Shown piece after piece: positions 36,434-48,400 of a DNA stretch of 64,000 nucleotides. The stretch covers positions 641,607 to 705,606 of the forward strand of contig QPGO01000005.1 in the NCBI GenBank assembly GCA_008632985.1. The letters are read 5' to 3'. How positions within the stretch are numbered: the first letter of the stretch is position 1; every line of letters starts with the position of its first letter. Under the pieces are notes generated by a model. That model made no database searches and was not told the DNA's origin. It saw nothing but the letters and a program-made list of their open reading frames with translations. The stretch is from Psammoneis japonica (taxonomy: Eukaryota). A program made the translations under genes and the position numbers.

Positions 36434-37378
36434 TCAAAATGTTTGCCCATCATCTTCAGCGCAAACGCCGTCTGGAAACAAACTGGTGTTTGTGACGGTA
36501 TCCGACCTTGATTCGTGGGCGATGTGACTGCATTTGCGTGTTGAGAGCCCCTTTATCAAGTCAGTTTCTTCCTCGAGTTTCAGCCGTTGGACCGAATCGT
36601 TGTGCGCTCGACTCGCATTCTCCATCATGCTTCTTCTCTTCATGACTTGAGAAAGCTTCCTTGTTGCCTTCAAGTATTCCGGAACCTTGCTCCACGTATC
36701 GGGAGAGTATAATCGAATTGCGGCACAGCATCCTCTGAGATCCAGAATAGCAGCTTCAATGTTATCGAGTCGCTCCAAGCACCGTGCCCGAGTGTAGAGC
36801 AGCGTGGCTTCGGCTGCAGACGGCAGGTCGATCCCCCCCTCTTTGCCTTGTTTGGCAAGACATCTTGCAAGTTTGAAAAACTCAGTGGCTGCTTCAACCG
36901 TGCCAACATGGTCCTTCATCCGATACTTGATTATGGCAGCATGATAGTATGCCCGAACCATTGTTGCTGGAAAGTATCCAAACAGATGCAGATTGAGCAT
37001 TCGCATGGTAGTTCGAATATCATTCATCAGGTCTGAAAGTAACGTCAAGGCAGGTTGAACACCTTTCTTTCCTGCATGAAAGTACTCTTCTTCAATAATA
37101 TCTAATCGGCAATTCCACTCGTTAACGTAGGGACGAATCATGTCGTGCATGTCCTTGAGACCAGGAGGCTCCACAAACTCATCACGTTGGCATTGGATCC
37201 GTTTGTACTCTTGTAGACTAATTATTCCACCTACTGTTTTTGGCTTTAACTGCTTCTCAGCGTCTATCAGTATCTTTCGATCTCGTTGCTTGTTTGCTAA
37301 AGTGTATTCGACAGGAGCATCCGTACTCGGCTCATGCTGCCGGCACTTAGATGGTTGCTCTTGATTAACCAAAAACAT
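36434..37378 (-). CDS. hypothetical helical protein with TPR-like segments
   Basis: 314-codon ORF with normal composition. AYYHAAIIKYRMKD and LLYTRARCLERLDNIEAAILDL resemble TPR helices. Confidence 0.55.
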   Translation of the reverse strand: MFLVNQEQPSKCRQHEPSTDAPVEYTLANKQRDRKILIDAEKQLKPKTVGGIISLQEYKRIQCQRDEFVEPPGLKDMHDMIRPYVNEWNCRLDIIEEEYFHAGKKGVQPALTLLSDLMNDIRTTMRMLNLHLFGYFPATMVRAYYHAAIIKYRMKDHVGTVEAATEFFKLARCLAKQGKEGGIDLPSAAEATLLYTRARCLERLDNIEAAILDLRGCCAAIRLYSPDTWSKVPEYLKATRKLSQVMKRRSMMENASRAHNDSVQRLKLEEETDLIKGLSTRKCSHIAHESRSDTVTNTSLFPDGVCAEDDGQTF

Positions 37379-37663
37379 GTATCGATGTGTAAATGTGGGC
37401 TTTGAACCAATGCCTCTCCATCTCTCGACGTATCTGTATGAATTCTAGTGTTGTTTTTTGTGGTCTTTTGTGGACTATTTGGACAAGGTTTTGTGTTTGA
37501 GCGGTGCGAAAAAGTGAGCACAGAAAACACCACGGGGCGGAGGGCGGACAGAGTTCGTATGATGGCGTCATTCATAAATGTATATAATCCTGAATATAGT
37601 ATTACCATGATGAGAACCCAGTCGTCATAAATAACCACAAGATTTCAGATTGCAAGATTGACC

Positions 37664-39082
37664 ATGAGCACCGAGAGTTTTGACGATGACTTTGACGGCC
37701 CCACGTTAAAGGAGGTCGTCGATAAGGCCTGTAAGCACCTTGATATTGGTGCTGCTGTGATGCCTAAGCCTCTTCTGATGGCTGACGTGGATGACTTGGA
37801 AGAAGTTGAGACGCCTCTTCGTGACTACAGCGAACGCACGGATGATGATTCACATGGTTTTGGCGGTATGACTCGTTATGCCCGTGTACTGAACCAAGAA
37901 TTCAATGCCGTGGTGGTGGAACATCATATGAAGTGGACGCCTCTCTGTCATACCCAGCCCGGACCGCTTCCAGGCGATACGCCAACGGACCGTTTAGGAC
38001 GCTATGACTTTCATCACGCAGATCAAGTCGTAGATTGGGCCATTCGGAACGGTAAGAAAGTCAAAGGTCATGTCCTCGTATGGCACGTTACGACCCCGTC
38101 ATTCGTGGAAGATATGGAACCCTCGGAACTTAGGGAGCAGCTCAGGAGGCACATTTTCACAACTATTGGCCATTATCGTGGCCGGATCGGAGTGTGGGAC
38201 GTGGTGAACGAGGCGCTGGCACCTGATGGGAGTTTGGCGGAAAACATATTCTGGAGAAAACTAGGTCCCTCCTACATTGAAGAGTCTTTCCGCTGGGCTC
38301 ACGAGGCAGACCCGTCTGCGATCTTGTTGTACAATGACAACAAGGTCGAAGGCATTGATGGGCCAAACGCTGCCAAGTCGGAGGGATTCTATAATCTGCT
38401 CGCGGATTTGAAAGAGAAGGAGGTACCTGTGCACGGGTGTGGGATGCAAGCTCACTTTAATGCAGCTGGTACAGGTAGGCAGCGGCCACCGACACCCCGT
38501 TCAGTCAAGGCGCAAATTAGACGCTTGGGAAAGCTGGGATTATCGGTCAACATTTCAGAGATGGATGTCCGTGTCAGCCAGCTTCCTCCCGACCTTCGTC
38601 AGCCCGCTCAGCGCCAAATTTATCGCGATATCGTTGCTGCAGCCATTTCCGAACCAGCCTGTGATGGAATTTGGCTGTGGGGCTTTACCGATAGGCACAC
38701 GTGGGTGGAGCACTTTTACTATGGTATGTACACTAGAGTAGAGTTTTGCCTGTGTTTCAACTTGCTCTAGCATTGTAACTTACGACATCTTTTCTCTTCT
38801 CAATGGGACGCGAAAGACGACGAACCGCTTGTTCTGGACGAGGAGTACAACCGAAAGGAGGCATACTATGGCTTACGGGAAGCATTGGCAACTCTTGTTC
38901 CCGGTGGCACCGTTGGTGGTGGTGTCCCGCTTGAGACTGACTTGGACGACGAAGAAGAATTCTGGGGCTCGCGGTGGATGCAGGAGGAAGGAGAGAATCC
39001 ATCCGGGGCTACGTCTGATGCGGGAACATCCGATGCAGGTGACGAGAAACCGGACTGGCTCCAGCCCGTAGGTCTAACTTGA
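37664..39082 (+). CDS. glycoside hydrolase family 10 (endo-1,4-beta-xylanase-like)
   Basis: MKW, GHVLVWH, WDVVNE (acid/base), LYND, GMQAH, ISEMDV (nucleophile), WGFTDRHTW and PLVLDEEYNRKEAY. Intron 38724-38816. Confidence 0.93.
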
Positions 39083-39203
39083 GACAGTATTTGTTGGGCG
39101 TGTATGCTGCTGCAGTTGGATGTAGGATTTTCAGCAGCAACCAAATTTGAAATAATCGACAGCATTAGAGTATTCTTTTATTTTTAAACAATGCTACGTC
39201 GTA

Positions 39204-41259
39204 CTATGTGTCAGTTTTAGATGACAGTGCCGGTCGAAAGAACGAGTAAGCTGCAAGCCCAAAGAAAGGAACAAACGTTGCAACATTTCGAAGTGCTTTG
39301 TATTCACTGTCGAGGGCGCCTCGTCGTCGCATGTCATCATTGACTAGCCAGCCCTGAAAGAGCGCAAAAATGACCAAGTCCACAAGAAAACTTGATCCAA
39401 CCCGATCAATGCTCAGCAAGTCTATGAAGCTAGCATATCGATGGCTCAGATCGCCAAAGTCTGCAAAGCGTCCCATGACGCCCCAAACAATAGATCCCAA
39501 CCCTACACTTCCTAGCAAGGGACCTAAGACGCGGCTCTCGCCAGCGATGCGCCCTGGAGCATCCAAATCTTCAACATATACACCAATGCCGTCTTTGGGT
39601 AACTCCTCGGATGATCGCGTGACCAAATACGGCAACAAGAATGCAGAAGTCAAAAATTGCATACCCGCCACCATGGGAAGCATGGGGAGTGTGTTTGGCT
39701 TTTCATCACGTTCGTCACTCAAAAAGCATGCAAACAAGGCCGCCCACGACAAGAGCAAGTTGAAAACCCCTTCCAACATGGGGTGTACTACCGGAGAAAA
39801 GGGTAATTGCAACAGAGGAGCCACCAGGAAAAAGTTCAAGCTCAAATCTCGGACCTCTTCCCATGTTCGTTGCTCAAGTTGCAAGGCATTGGCACCCGGC
39901 AAAATACCGTCGGAGAAAAAGACAATGTACATGTACGCCACCCATAGTGCAAGAGGAATATAACGGACTGGCTCTGTTGTCAATTTTGTCACCACCGACT
40001 GTAATGCTAGTTTGACACCTCCAAGCTTTGCTTGGGGCTCAAGAAAATCAATTCCCTTGTTAATCAGTCCTGTTTGCGTGTCAGTGTTGTAAAAGGAACA
40101 CCCTCGTGTGAATGGGAGTTGCTCTCCGTTGTTCTCCACGTGCCACCTTACACATAGACTGCCGTCCTTACTATTCGCAACGTCATCCACAATAAATCCA
40201 AAGGTATAGGGGAAGGCGTCGGCACAGAGAAACAGATGCTGCTTGAGCGAATCCTTTCCGGAAAAGGGTTTGGGAAATACCGTGTCTTCGTATTCACAGT
40301 CTTGCGAGAAGAGGTCAATTGCCGAATCCATATCGCGTCTGTTCCAAGCCTCAAAGTATCGTTCTGCTGGGGTAATTTCATTACTTTGATTAGTTGCTTC
40401 TTTTCCTTTTCCAAACAATGGTGCAAACCATGCCGTTGTGTCGTTTTCTTCAGTTTCACCGTTGCTGCTCTGTTGCGTTCGGCGTTTGTCAACTCTCTCC
40501 TGTGCATCTGGAGGCAGACTATTAATTCCAGTTTTTTCAATGAACTTTCCGGCGGCAGATAGCACTGCGAGTGATATTTCGGCAGGTTTTATTTTGGGTT
40601 CGTTCTCCAGGAACGCACGTTGAATCAGTCCAGTGTCTGCATCAAGATTGAAAAAAGCAATTCCCCGACGATTCGGTATTTTTTCGTTTATCTTTGCATA
40701 TGTTTCCTGCCAAGTGATTCCCACTTTGGTCCCACAGTCAGACACAGCCATATTCTCGACAGCCAGTAGAGTTGCTTGCTCTTTTGGTAGAGCATCCTTT
40801 GACAAGATGAAATGTCGTTTGATTTCAGTCTTTCCGACAAATGCGGCGGGAAAAGTGGTATCCTCAAAAACTGCGTCATCGGAAAACTGTGTGATAGCTT
40901 CCTGGACGTCTCGTCGATTCCATGCTTTGATAGTAGTGATGACAAGAGAACAAGCACATCAGTCAGAAACTTATTCAAGTGTTCATCGTTATATCTGCAA
41001 GTATTCTGCATTTCTTTCTCTCACCATCCACGAAGCGATCTACCGATGTAGCCGTACGCCTTTTGTCGGAAGTTCTAGGTTGTTCAAACACAGTTGATAA
41101 GCTCGACTTTAATTCCAACTCATGTGATTGAGTAAACGGCCGAAGAATACGCCGTGACGGTCGCAAGGATGATTTCGTGGTACCAAGCGATTGAAAACCG
41201 ATTGCATCATGAAAGAATGTGACTCCACAAATCGCCAGGAGCCGAAACGCAGTTGACAT
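39204..41259 (-). CDS. plastid-targeted protein with two SnoaL/NTF2-like domains and a C-terminal multi-pass membrane domain
   Basis: Signal peptide ending AIG-F. Two AWNRRD...F.....ED..FP..F.GK repeats and LPFTRGCSFY. About six TM segments. Intron 40925-41024. Confidence 0.82.
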
Positions 41260-42022
41260 GGTGTGGCGTGTGACTATCGATTGGCGGCTTCAGCTATGAA
41301 TGCGGTTTTAATGGCACACTGTGCGTTTAATGTTACCTGTCTTCACTTCCCTCCCTCCCTGAGTTTGTCTGGGATTTGCTGACGGCAACCTTCGTTGCTG
41401 GCGCATCGGCCGGGCGGATTCAGGATTGGGCAATGCGGGGATGCGGCAAAAAAGTTCCGAAAGTTCCCTCCGACCTCCCGACGTGACTTCTGTGCGTGCG
41501 GTTGCGCGTGCGTGGCCGCCGCGGGCGCTGACGCAATATGAAACGTGGTTGGCGAAATTACCTTATTTGATCGACATCATCAGAATTCTTGATGACGTGT
41601 CAATACAATAGTATCAATGAATTCAAATATTTTATCAACCATACTCGGGACCAGCGCTGATTAGAGTGTGCTCTGGCGGAACAAACCCGTGACAGATTGA
41701 TTAGTGAGTGCCTGTTTCTATCAATATTTCTGACACAGAGAACACTTTTACGCGTTTAATCCTAAGGTTTAGAAGTGGGACACACTTCAAAAACGAGAAC
41801 CGAGCAATTTTGGATTCGAATTCTCGTGACAGCACTTCAACGGTTGTTCGGAATTAGTACACTTGTACTGGAGTCTTACGTGGTAATTCCAATGCCGTGG
41901 GTCCTCGCTTCGTCATCTTGCCAAATCAGATGCCGCATGTCGGCATCCATCAATCGCACTTCCCTTCATTCATCCCACAATCACATTTGACAACAAAAAG
42001 TAACAGAAATTTCAGAATTAGC

Positions 42023-42984
42023 ATGACGATAATCACGCTGTCACCAGACGCAATGGTAAGTCGGATAGCTGTTGTATTTTTGTAGAGGAATATACTGTAT
42101 AGCACGTTGATTTGTAACTCTTACACTCACACGATGCGCTCTTCCAAATGTTGTTCTTTCAGACACCGACAGACATTGCCACAATCAGTACTAGTCCAAC
42201 CAAAATGGACAAGAACAAACCGGCTTCTGATAAGAGCAGCCCAAAGAAAAAGAAGACGAGGCGTCGCCCTAGAAAGAACAGCGATGACAAGACAAGCAAA
42301 AGAAAACGCCGCAACAGTAATGGTAAATCGAACAACTCATCCAAGAAAGTGCCCGAACCGACACAAGAAGAAAAGAGTCGATACGTGGCTCTCGACTGCG
42401 AAATGGTTGGAGTAGGATACGGTGGATACAGGTCAGCTTTGGCTAGAGTATGCATCATTGACTGGGAGGGAAACACTCTTATGGACGATTATGTTAGACC
42501 CTCTCAGCCGGTTACTGATTACAGAACGTTTGTATCAGGCATCACACAGGAGCACTTGGAATCAGAGGATGCTCTTGAACTTGAGCATGTTAGAAGCAAG
42601 GCGCAGCACTTGTTGGAGGACAAGATCCTTGTTGGGCACGCACTCAAGAACGATTTGCATGCGCTCAACATTACTCACCCATGGTATGATATTCGCGATA
42701 CCGGCAAGTACGAGCCGTTTATGAAGACGCGGTTTGACGACGGCATTTTGTGGCCACGCAAGTTAAAGGACTTGGCCAAGGAAAAGCTGGGGCTTGATGT
42801 GCAAGCCGAGGGGATCGCACACAGTCCTTATGAGGACGCTCACACGGCTATGGAACTCTACAAGCTTGTGAGGAGAAAGTGGGAAAAGGCGATGGAATAC
42901 AAACGCAACAGGACGTTGCAAATACAAAAAGAACAGCAGCATGTCGACTCACAAGCAAGTGGGCAGCTGCAAGTACCTCAATGA
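42023..42984 (+). CDS. REX4: RNA exonuclease 4-like DEDDh 3'-5' exonuclease
   Basis: YVALDCEMVGVG, VTDYRTFVSGI, LVGHALKNDL, IRDT and HSPYEDA, with a basic NLS-like N-terminus. Probable intron 42056-42162. Confidence 0.9.
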
Positions 42985-43108
42985 TTACATTAATCATTTG
43001 TTAAATTCGCTCAACTAGCAACGTCATGATTCATCGTTAATCGTCTCTAGAGTACCGGTAGGTTTCCTTTGTAGCCTTTCTGTGTCCGTGCTTCTTCTCG
43101 GCAAATCC

Positions 43109-44777
43109 TTATCTTTTAGGTTTCTTTGTACCCTTTTTGCGTTTGCGTTTCTTCTCGGCAAATCTCTTGGCATTGAAGCTTTTCTTTTCCTTTTGGGTCT
43201 CGGTCGAAGTTGTCATGACAACGGGCTCTAGCAGCTCTCCACGATTGGCGGCTTCCATTCGTTCTTCGGCTGATCGTTCAACCACGTTTGTTTCTGTCGA
43301 CGTCTTTTCTGTCGGCGTCTTTTTCGAAGCTTCTACTTTTTCGTCGATAAAGTCACCGGGTGGTGCGAGTACTTTTGGCGTCGTGTCGACATTGGAAACT
43401 TGCATATGCGGCGCAGGCATGTCGGGCACAGAGCCAAACACAGCATCGGGGTTTGTCGTTCCAACCATGTCCAAGACGAGTGAGTCTTTTGGACTTCCCT
43501 GGATGGTACTTGGCCGTGCTGTTCCGGGAAAAGACGTTTGCCATCCCACTGCAAGAACACCTTTACCAAGAATTTCTCCATCACCCCACGCCTTGCGTGC
43601 CTTTTCCTCTAATTTCTTCATTTCAATAAACTCATTCGCCAATTGTGGTTCGGCCGCAGCTGCAGTCATGGACGGTAACCCGACCAGTGCACGGCATTTG
43701 TCGTTACGAAGAGCGGCACCTTGGAACAATGTAAAAACAAAAGAAGTAGCCAGGTAGATTTGAATACCGGCAGGAGACTGTGACATGAAGCAAGGCATGA
43801 ACACCGCTAAACCTAAAATAATAGAGAATGACAAAGCGACACGAAAAGTGAGTCCGTGGACTTGTGATGAAACACAAGGCTCCATCGCTGCTCATGCATG
43901 GTAGTAGTAACTCACTCTGGAAAAAGTCCTTCATGAGGAGAGCAATGTTGGACTTGGACGCGGTTTCACCACTCAAACTACGTCGCCCGACCGCAACTTC
44001 TACGTTCAAGTACAAGAGTGCACCAGCCATAACGGGCAAACCATACCAGGGGTCGGGTTCCGTCAAGTCTGTAACCCATAAAAAGCTACTCTCGGTCAGT
44101 TGCTGTGCGAGCTCTGGGTCGGCACCGTTGATAATTTTTCTCAAATCAATGCTGAAATAATAAAAGATGGGGATCTGCATGAGAGGTGATTTAAAGATAG
44201 CCAAAGGATGTATCCCGTGTAATTTGTAGATCCCTCGCAGTGTCTGTAGCGTCGTTCGAATCAGCCTTGCTTGCTCTCGAGCGGACGCACCCTCGGCACG
44301 CTGCTTTCTCAGGTCATTCTGAAATATGCTAACGAGAAATTGTACCTCAGGCGCTACCTTGGAAATCTTTGTGGCGGTATGGGCAGACTGCAACACAAGT
44401 GGAATCAATGAAGTCCGCACAATAACATTGGTGATGGACATGCATGCCCAGAACGGAATCACACCGCCACCGTGCAGTGTTGTGAGCAGCAATCCGCTTG
44501 CACCCCAAATTGTAAAATCTTGAGCAAACTCAGGCAAGGACTCTGATACTGATGATATTGGACGATGACCACCATTCCCAGCATATGTTTTAGTTGGATA
44601 TGGTGCCACTACTTCACTTCTCAGCGGTCTCCCCCTAAAAGGTCCTGCCGTTCGCACGCTCTCTACTTCTCTCTTTCGGTCTACCAAGTTGGCATCAATG
44701 AAAACCGAGCAGCTGTGAATAAGCCTCTTCCGTACTCCTACACGCGATTGCAGCGCAACCAAGCTATTAGACTGCAT
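43109..44777 (-). CDS. OXA1/COX18 (YidC/Oxa1/Alb3) mitochondrial membrane insertase
   Basis: IVRTSLIPL, PLMQIPIF, FLWVTDLTEPDPWYGLPV and PAGIQIYLATS, with a basic C-tail. Intron 43813-43915. Confidence 0.88.
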
Positions 44778-44959
44778 TGAAATTGAATAACCGATGTTGT
44801 TTCCCTGTACTGTAATTCGTTAGACTGAGACGCGGCCACGCCTCATCGCTCATCGCAAATATTGAAAATTTATTGCAACAAAAAAATGTGAGGTGGAGCT
44901 TCGCAGGTTGACGGACAGGCTGCATGTTCATAAATTCATTTCATTCCCCCGGATCCCGC

Positions 44960-45172
44960 CTCTCTCCTACCTCTACTCTATTCTCTACTGTAGCTCTAGC
45001 TAGAGAGTAGCTAGCTCTAGTAGAGTAGAGCTACAGTAGCAAGCTAGAGGTTCCTCTCCTAGAGAACTCACATCATCTCCTTTACGAGCGTGAAAAGCTT
45101 CTTTAGCATATATGTAGAGTAGAAGTACTTAGTAGCTACTACCGGCATCCTAGTAGAGAGAGGTAGAGTACA
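44960..45172. repeat. TAG/CTA-rich low-complexity intergenic island
   Basis: ctctactgtagctctagctagagagtagctagctctagtagagtagagctacagtagc... Confidence 0.75.
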
Positions 45173-45340
45173 GACAATCCACTCTTTTATCTTCAAAGCA
45201 ACCACGACTCTAGCGGAAAACAAGTCAAAGCTTGATGATACTGTTGTATGATCAATCTTCTGGAACTGCGTTCTTCATACAGACATAACTTGAGACCTGG
45301 TCATCGGGGGTGAATGCGCTGGGGTTTCGAACGAGTTGAG

Positions 45341-45412
45341 AACACACTTATTAGGTACGTTTTACATTTACTTTTCAACACACTTATTAGGTACGTTTTA
45401 CATTTACTTTTC
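45341..45412 (+). repeat. perfect 36-bp tandem duplication in a 3' UTR
   Basis: aacacacttattaggtacgttttacatttacttttc occurs twice with no spacer. Confidence 0.95.
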
Positions 45413-45432
45413 AACTAACAAACAAAAATATT

Positions 45433-48400
45433 TTAGGCTCTCTTTCCGCCTTTTCCACCCTTTCCTCTTTTGCCGTAATAACTCTTGCGTTTATCGTAAC
45501 TCGAGGTGTAGCCATACCGGTAGCCACCCTTGTTGTACGGCTTGCTATACGGCTTGCTGTAAGGCTTCCTATACGTCTTGGACGGTCCCGGCCTTGGTCC
45601 AGGTGACATTCTCGGTCCCGGTCTCGGTCCAGGTGACATTCTTGGTCCAGGGGCTGGTCCACGGGCTGGTCCAGGGGATGGTCCAGGTCCAGGGGACGAT
45701 GACTTCCACCAGTTCGCTCCGAATTTCCAGTTCGACGGGTTGTATTTCGATGCACCGTAACCAGATTTGAATCCTGCCATTTTCGCCCTCTTGTCGTCGC
45801 TGCTGTCACAATCCTTGTCGGGTCTCTTTGGTGTCCGTGTCCGTCTGACATCTGGACGTCTGCTTGGACTTGGTGGTCGCCCATCGCCTGGTCTACTTGT
45901 AGGACTGGGCCTACCTGTAGGAGTTGGTGGTCGCCCATCGCCTGGTCTACTTGTAGGACTGGGCGGACTGGTAGGAGTTGGTGGTCGCCCATCGCCTGGT
46001 CTACTTGTAGGACTGGGCGGACTGGTAGGAGTTGGTGGGCGCCCATCACCTGGTCTGCTTGAAGGAGGATATGTTGGCCTTGTGTCAGGGTTCTTGGGCC
46101 TTGCCGTGGGGCTACGTGTCTTTCGAGGCTTAGGCGTGGGTGGTCTTCTATCGAGCGGCCTTTTAGTCGGATTTGGTGTTCGTTGTGGCCGTGGCTTGCG
46201 CGTTGGCTGACTAGTTCTATCCAGAGGCCGCTTCGTGGGATTACGTGTCCTCGGAACAGTAGGCTTCTTGGTTCTCTTTGGCTTGGGACGCTTGGGACGT
46301 TTGGTCTTGGGTCTCTTTCTGCACTTCTTGCCGATTCGGCCGTACTTGCACTTCTTCCTTCTACTCCTGCTCGAGCTTGTGGTGTACTTGCTTCTGCTGG
46401 TCTTCTTCCTACAGTTCTTGCCATTCTTGCCGTACTTGCATTCTTTGCTGCTGGAAGATGACGAGGAAGGTCTGGGCCTCTTGGTTGGCTTCGGCTTTTT
46501 CGTTCTTGGTGCCTGGGTCTTCTTGGGTCTCTTGGGCCTCTTTGATGGCTTGGGTTTCCTTGTCGGCTGTTTCGTCGGGGTCGTTGGTCTCCTGTCGCCC
46601 GGTCTGGGTTTGCGAGTAGGAGCCGGTGTCAAATTGACACTTACGTCATAGGTATCGGAGTTCTTGCATATGTCACCTCCTGCTGGCGGGTCGGCTTCAA
46701 CGAGAACGCTCGTTTCAAACAGTCCTTCATCACATCTGTTCAACCTGATCGTCTCGGTGACGACACTGGTTTCTCCAATGTCGAGGAAAGAGGGACTTAC
46801 TTCATCAAGCATGTCTGTCGTAGTTCCATCCTGCGATCTCTCGAGTACAGTGATGTCCATCGGAATACTTCCCATGTTCTCCATTGTGTACGAATATTCG
46901 ATGTCCATGAAACAGTCTTTTGTATTTCCGGCTTCATCTTTGCATTTCTGCAAAGTGATGCTTCCAAAACGGTCGCGTAGTCGAAGGTCAACAGTTCCAG
47001 ATGTATCGAATGTTACTTCTTGACAGACAGTACCTCCGTCTTCCGTTGCGATTGCGCATGTAAGGGAGTCGGGAAGAGTAGATCCTGCTGGTGCCTTTAC
47101 TATAAAGACTCGTTCGAAGCGGACAGTGTCTTCAAACACGAGATCTCCGTCGTCATCTTCGCACGTGATTAAGACGAGGCTAGCTGCAGCGCAGTCGTTC
47201 TCGTCGTCAGTAGCGGTACATGTGAAGGTGCCTTCGTCCTGTTGGCTATTTGCACTATCAGCACATGTACTGAAGGAATACAGAAAGGAAAGACTTGTGA
47301 GTGGGTCGTCGCCATCGGCACACTGGCTCGCCACCTGAGGGATATCTTCACATGATGTTCCACTAGGGACATCGTCGACGCCTCCCTTGACCTCGCAATC
47401 AATGTCGACCTGAGACAACGAGGCATACACAGAAACGTTAGGGCGCCATGTCAGAAGAAAAAGAATCGCACTCGTACGTCATAGTCTCGTTTCTGGCACT
47501 TACGTCAACCAAACATTCACGAGAAGGTGTGCGAGTAGGCGCGGGTGTCAATTCGACGCTAAACTCGTAGGTGTCGGTGTTTTGGCAAATACTACCTCCA
47601 TCTGGTGGGTCGGCTTTCACAATAACACTGGTCTCAAGAAGTCCTTCGTCGCATCTGTTCAATCTCACAGACTCGGTGACGACACTGGTCTTTCCGATGG
47701 GGATGAACGAGGGATTCACTTCATCAAGTATGTCCGTTGTAATTCCGTCCTGCGACCTCTCGAGTACAGTGATATCCATTGACATACTTCCCGTGTTCTC
47801 CATTGTGTACGAGTATTCGACATCCATGAAGCAGTCATTTGTATTTCCGGCTTCATCTTTGCATCGCTGCAAAGTGATACTTCCAAAACGGTCGCGTAGT
47901 CGAAGGTCGACAGTTCCAGATGTATCAAAAGTTATTTCTTGGCAGATAGTGCCTCCGTCTTCAGTTGCGATTGCGCATGTAAGAGAGTCGGGTAGAGTAG
48001 ACCCCGTTGATGCTTTCACTATAAAGACTCGGTCGAAACGGACAGTGTCTTCAAACACGAGGTCTCCATCGTCATCTTCACACGTGATTAGGACGCGGCT
48101 AGCAGCAGCGCAGTTGTTCTCGTCGTCAGTAGCGGTACATTTGAAGGTGCCTTCGTCCTGTTGACTGTTTGCGCTATCAGCACATGTACTGAAAGAGTAC
48201 AGAAACGAAAGACTTGTGAGTGGGTCGTCGCCTTCTGCGCACTGGCTCGCCACCTGAGGGATATCTTCACATGATGTTCCGATCGGGACGTCGTCGACGC
48301 CTCCCTTGACCTCGCAATCAATGTCGACCTGAAATCGAGCACAAAGTAAGAAGGAAAGGATTAGATATGAAAATGGGGACTTTGCAATGATGGCTGCTAA

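Noticed and set aside
45341..45412. 36-bp repeat of CRISPR-like length
   Set aside because: Only two abutting copies with no spacer, no cas genes, and a eukaryotic 3' UTR context. It is a simple tandem duplication.
45411..46651. Long alternative-frame and antisense ORFs over the Pro-rich region
   Set aside because: They are shadows of GC-rich tandem coding repeats.
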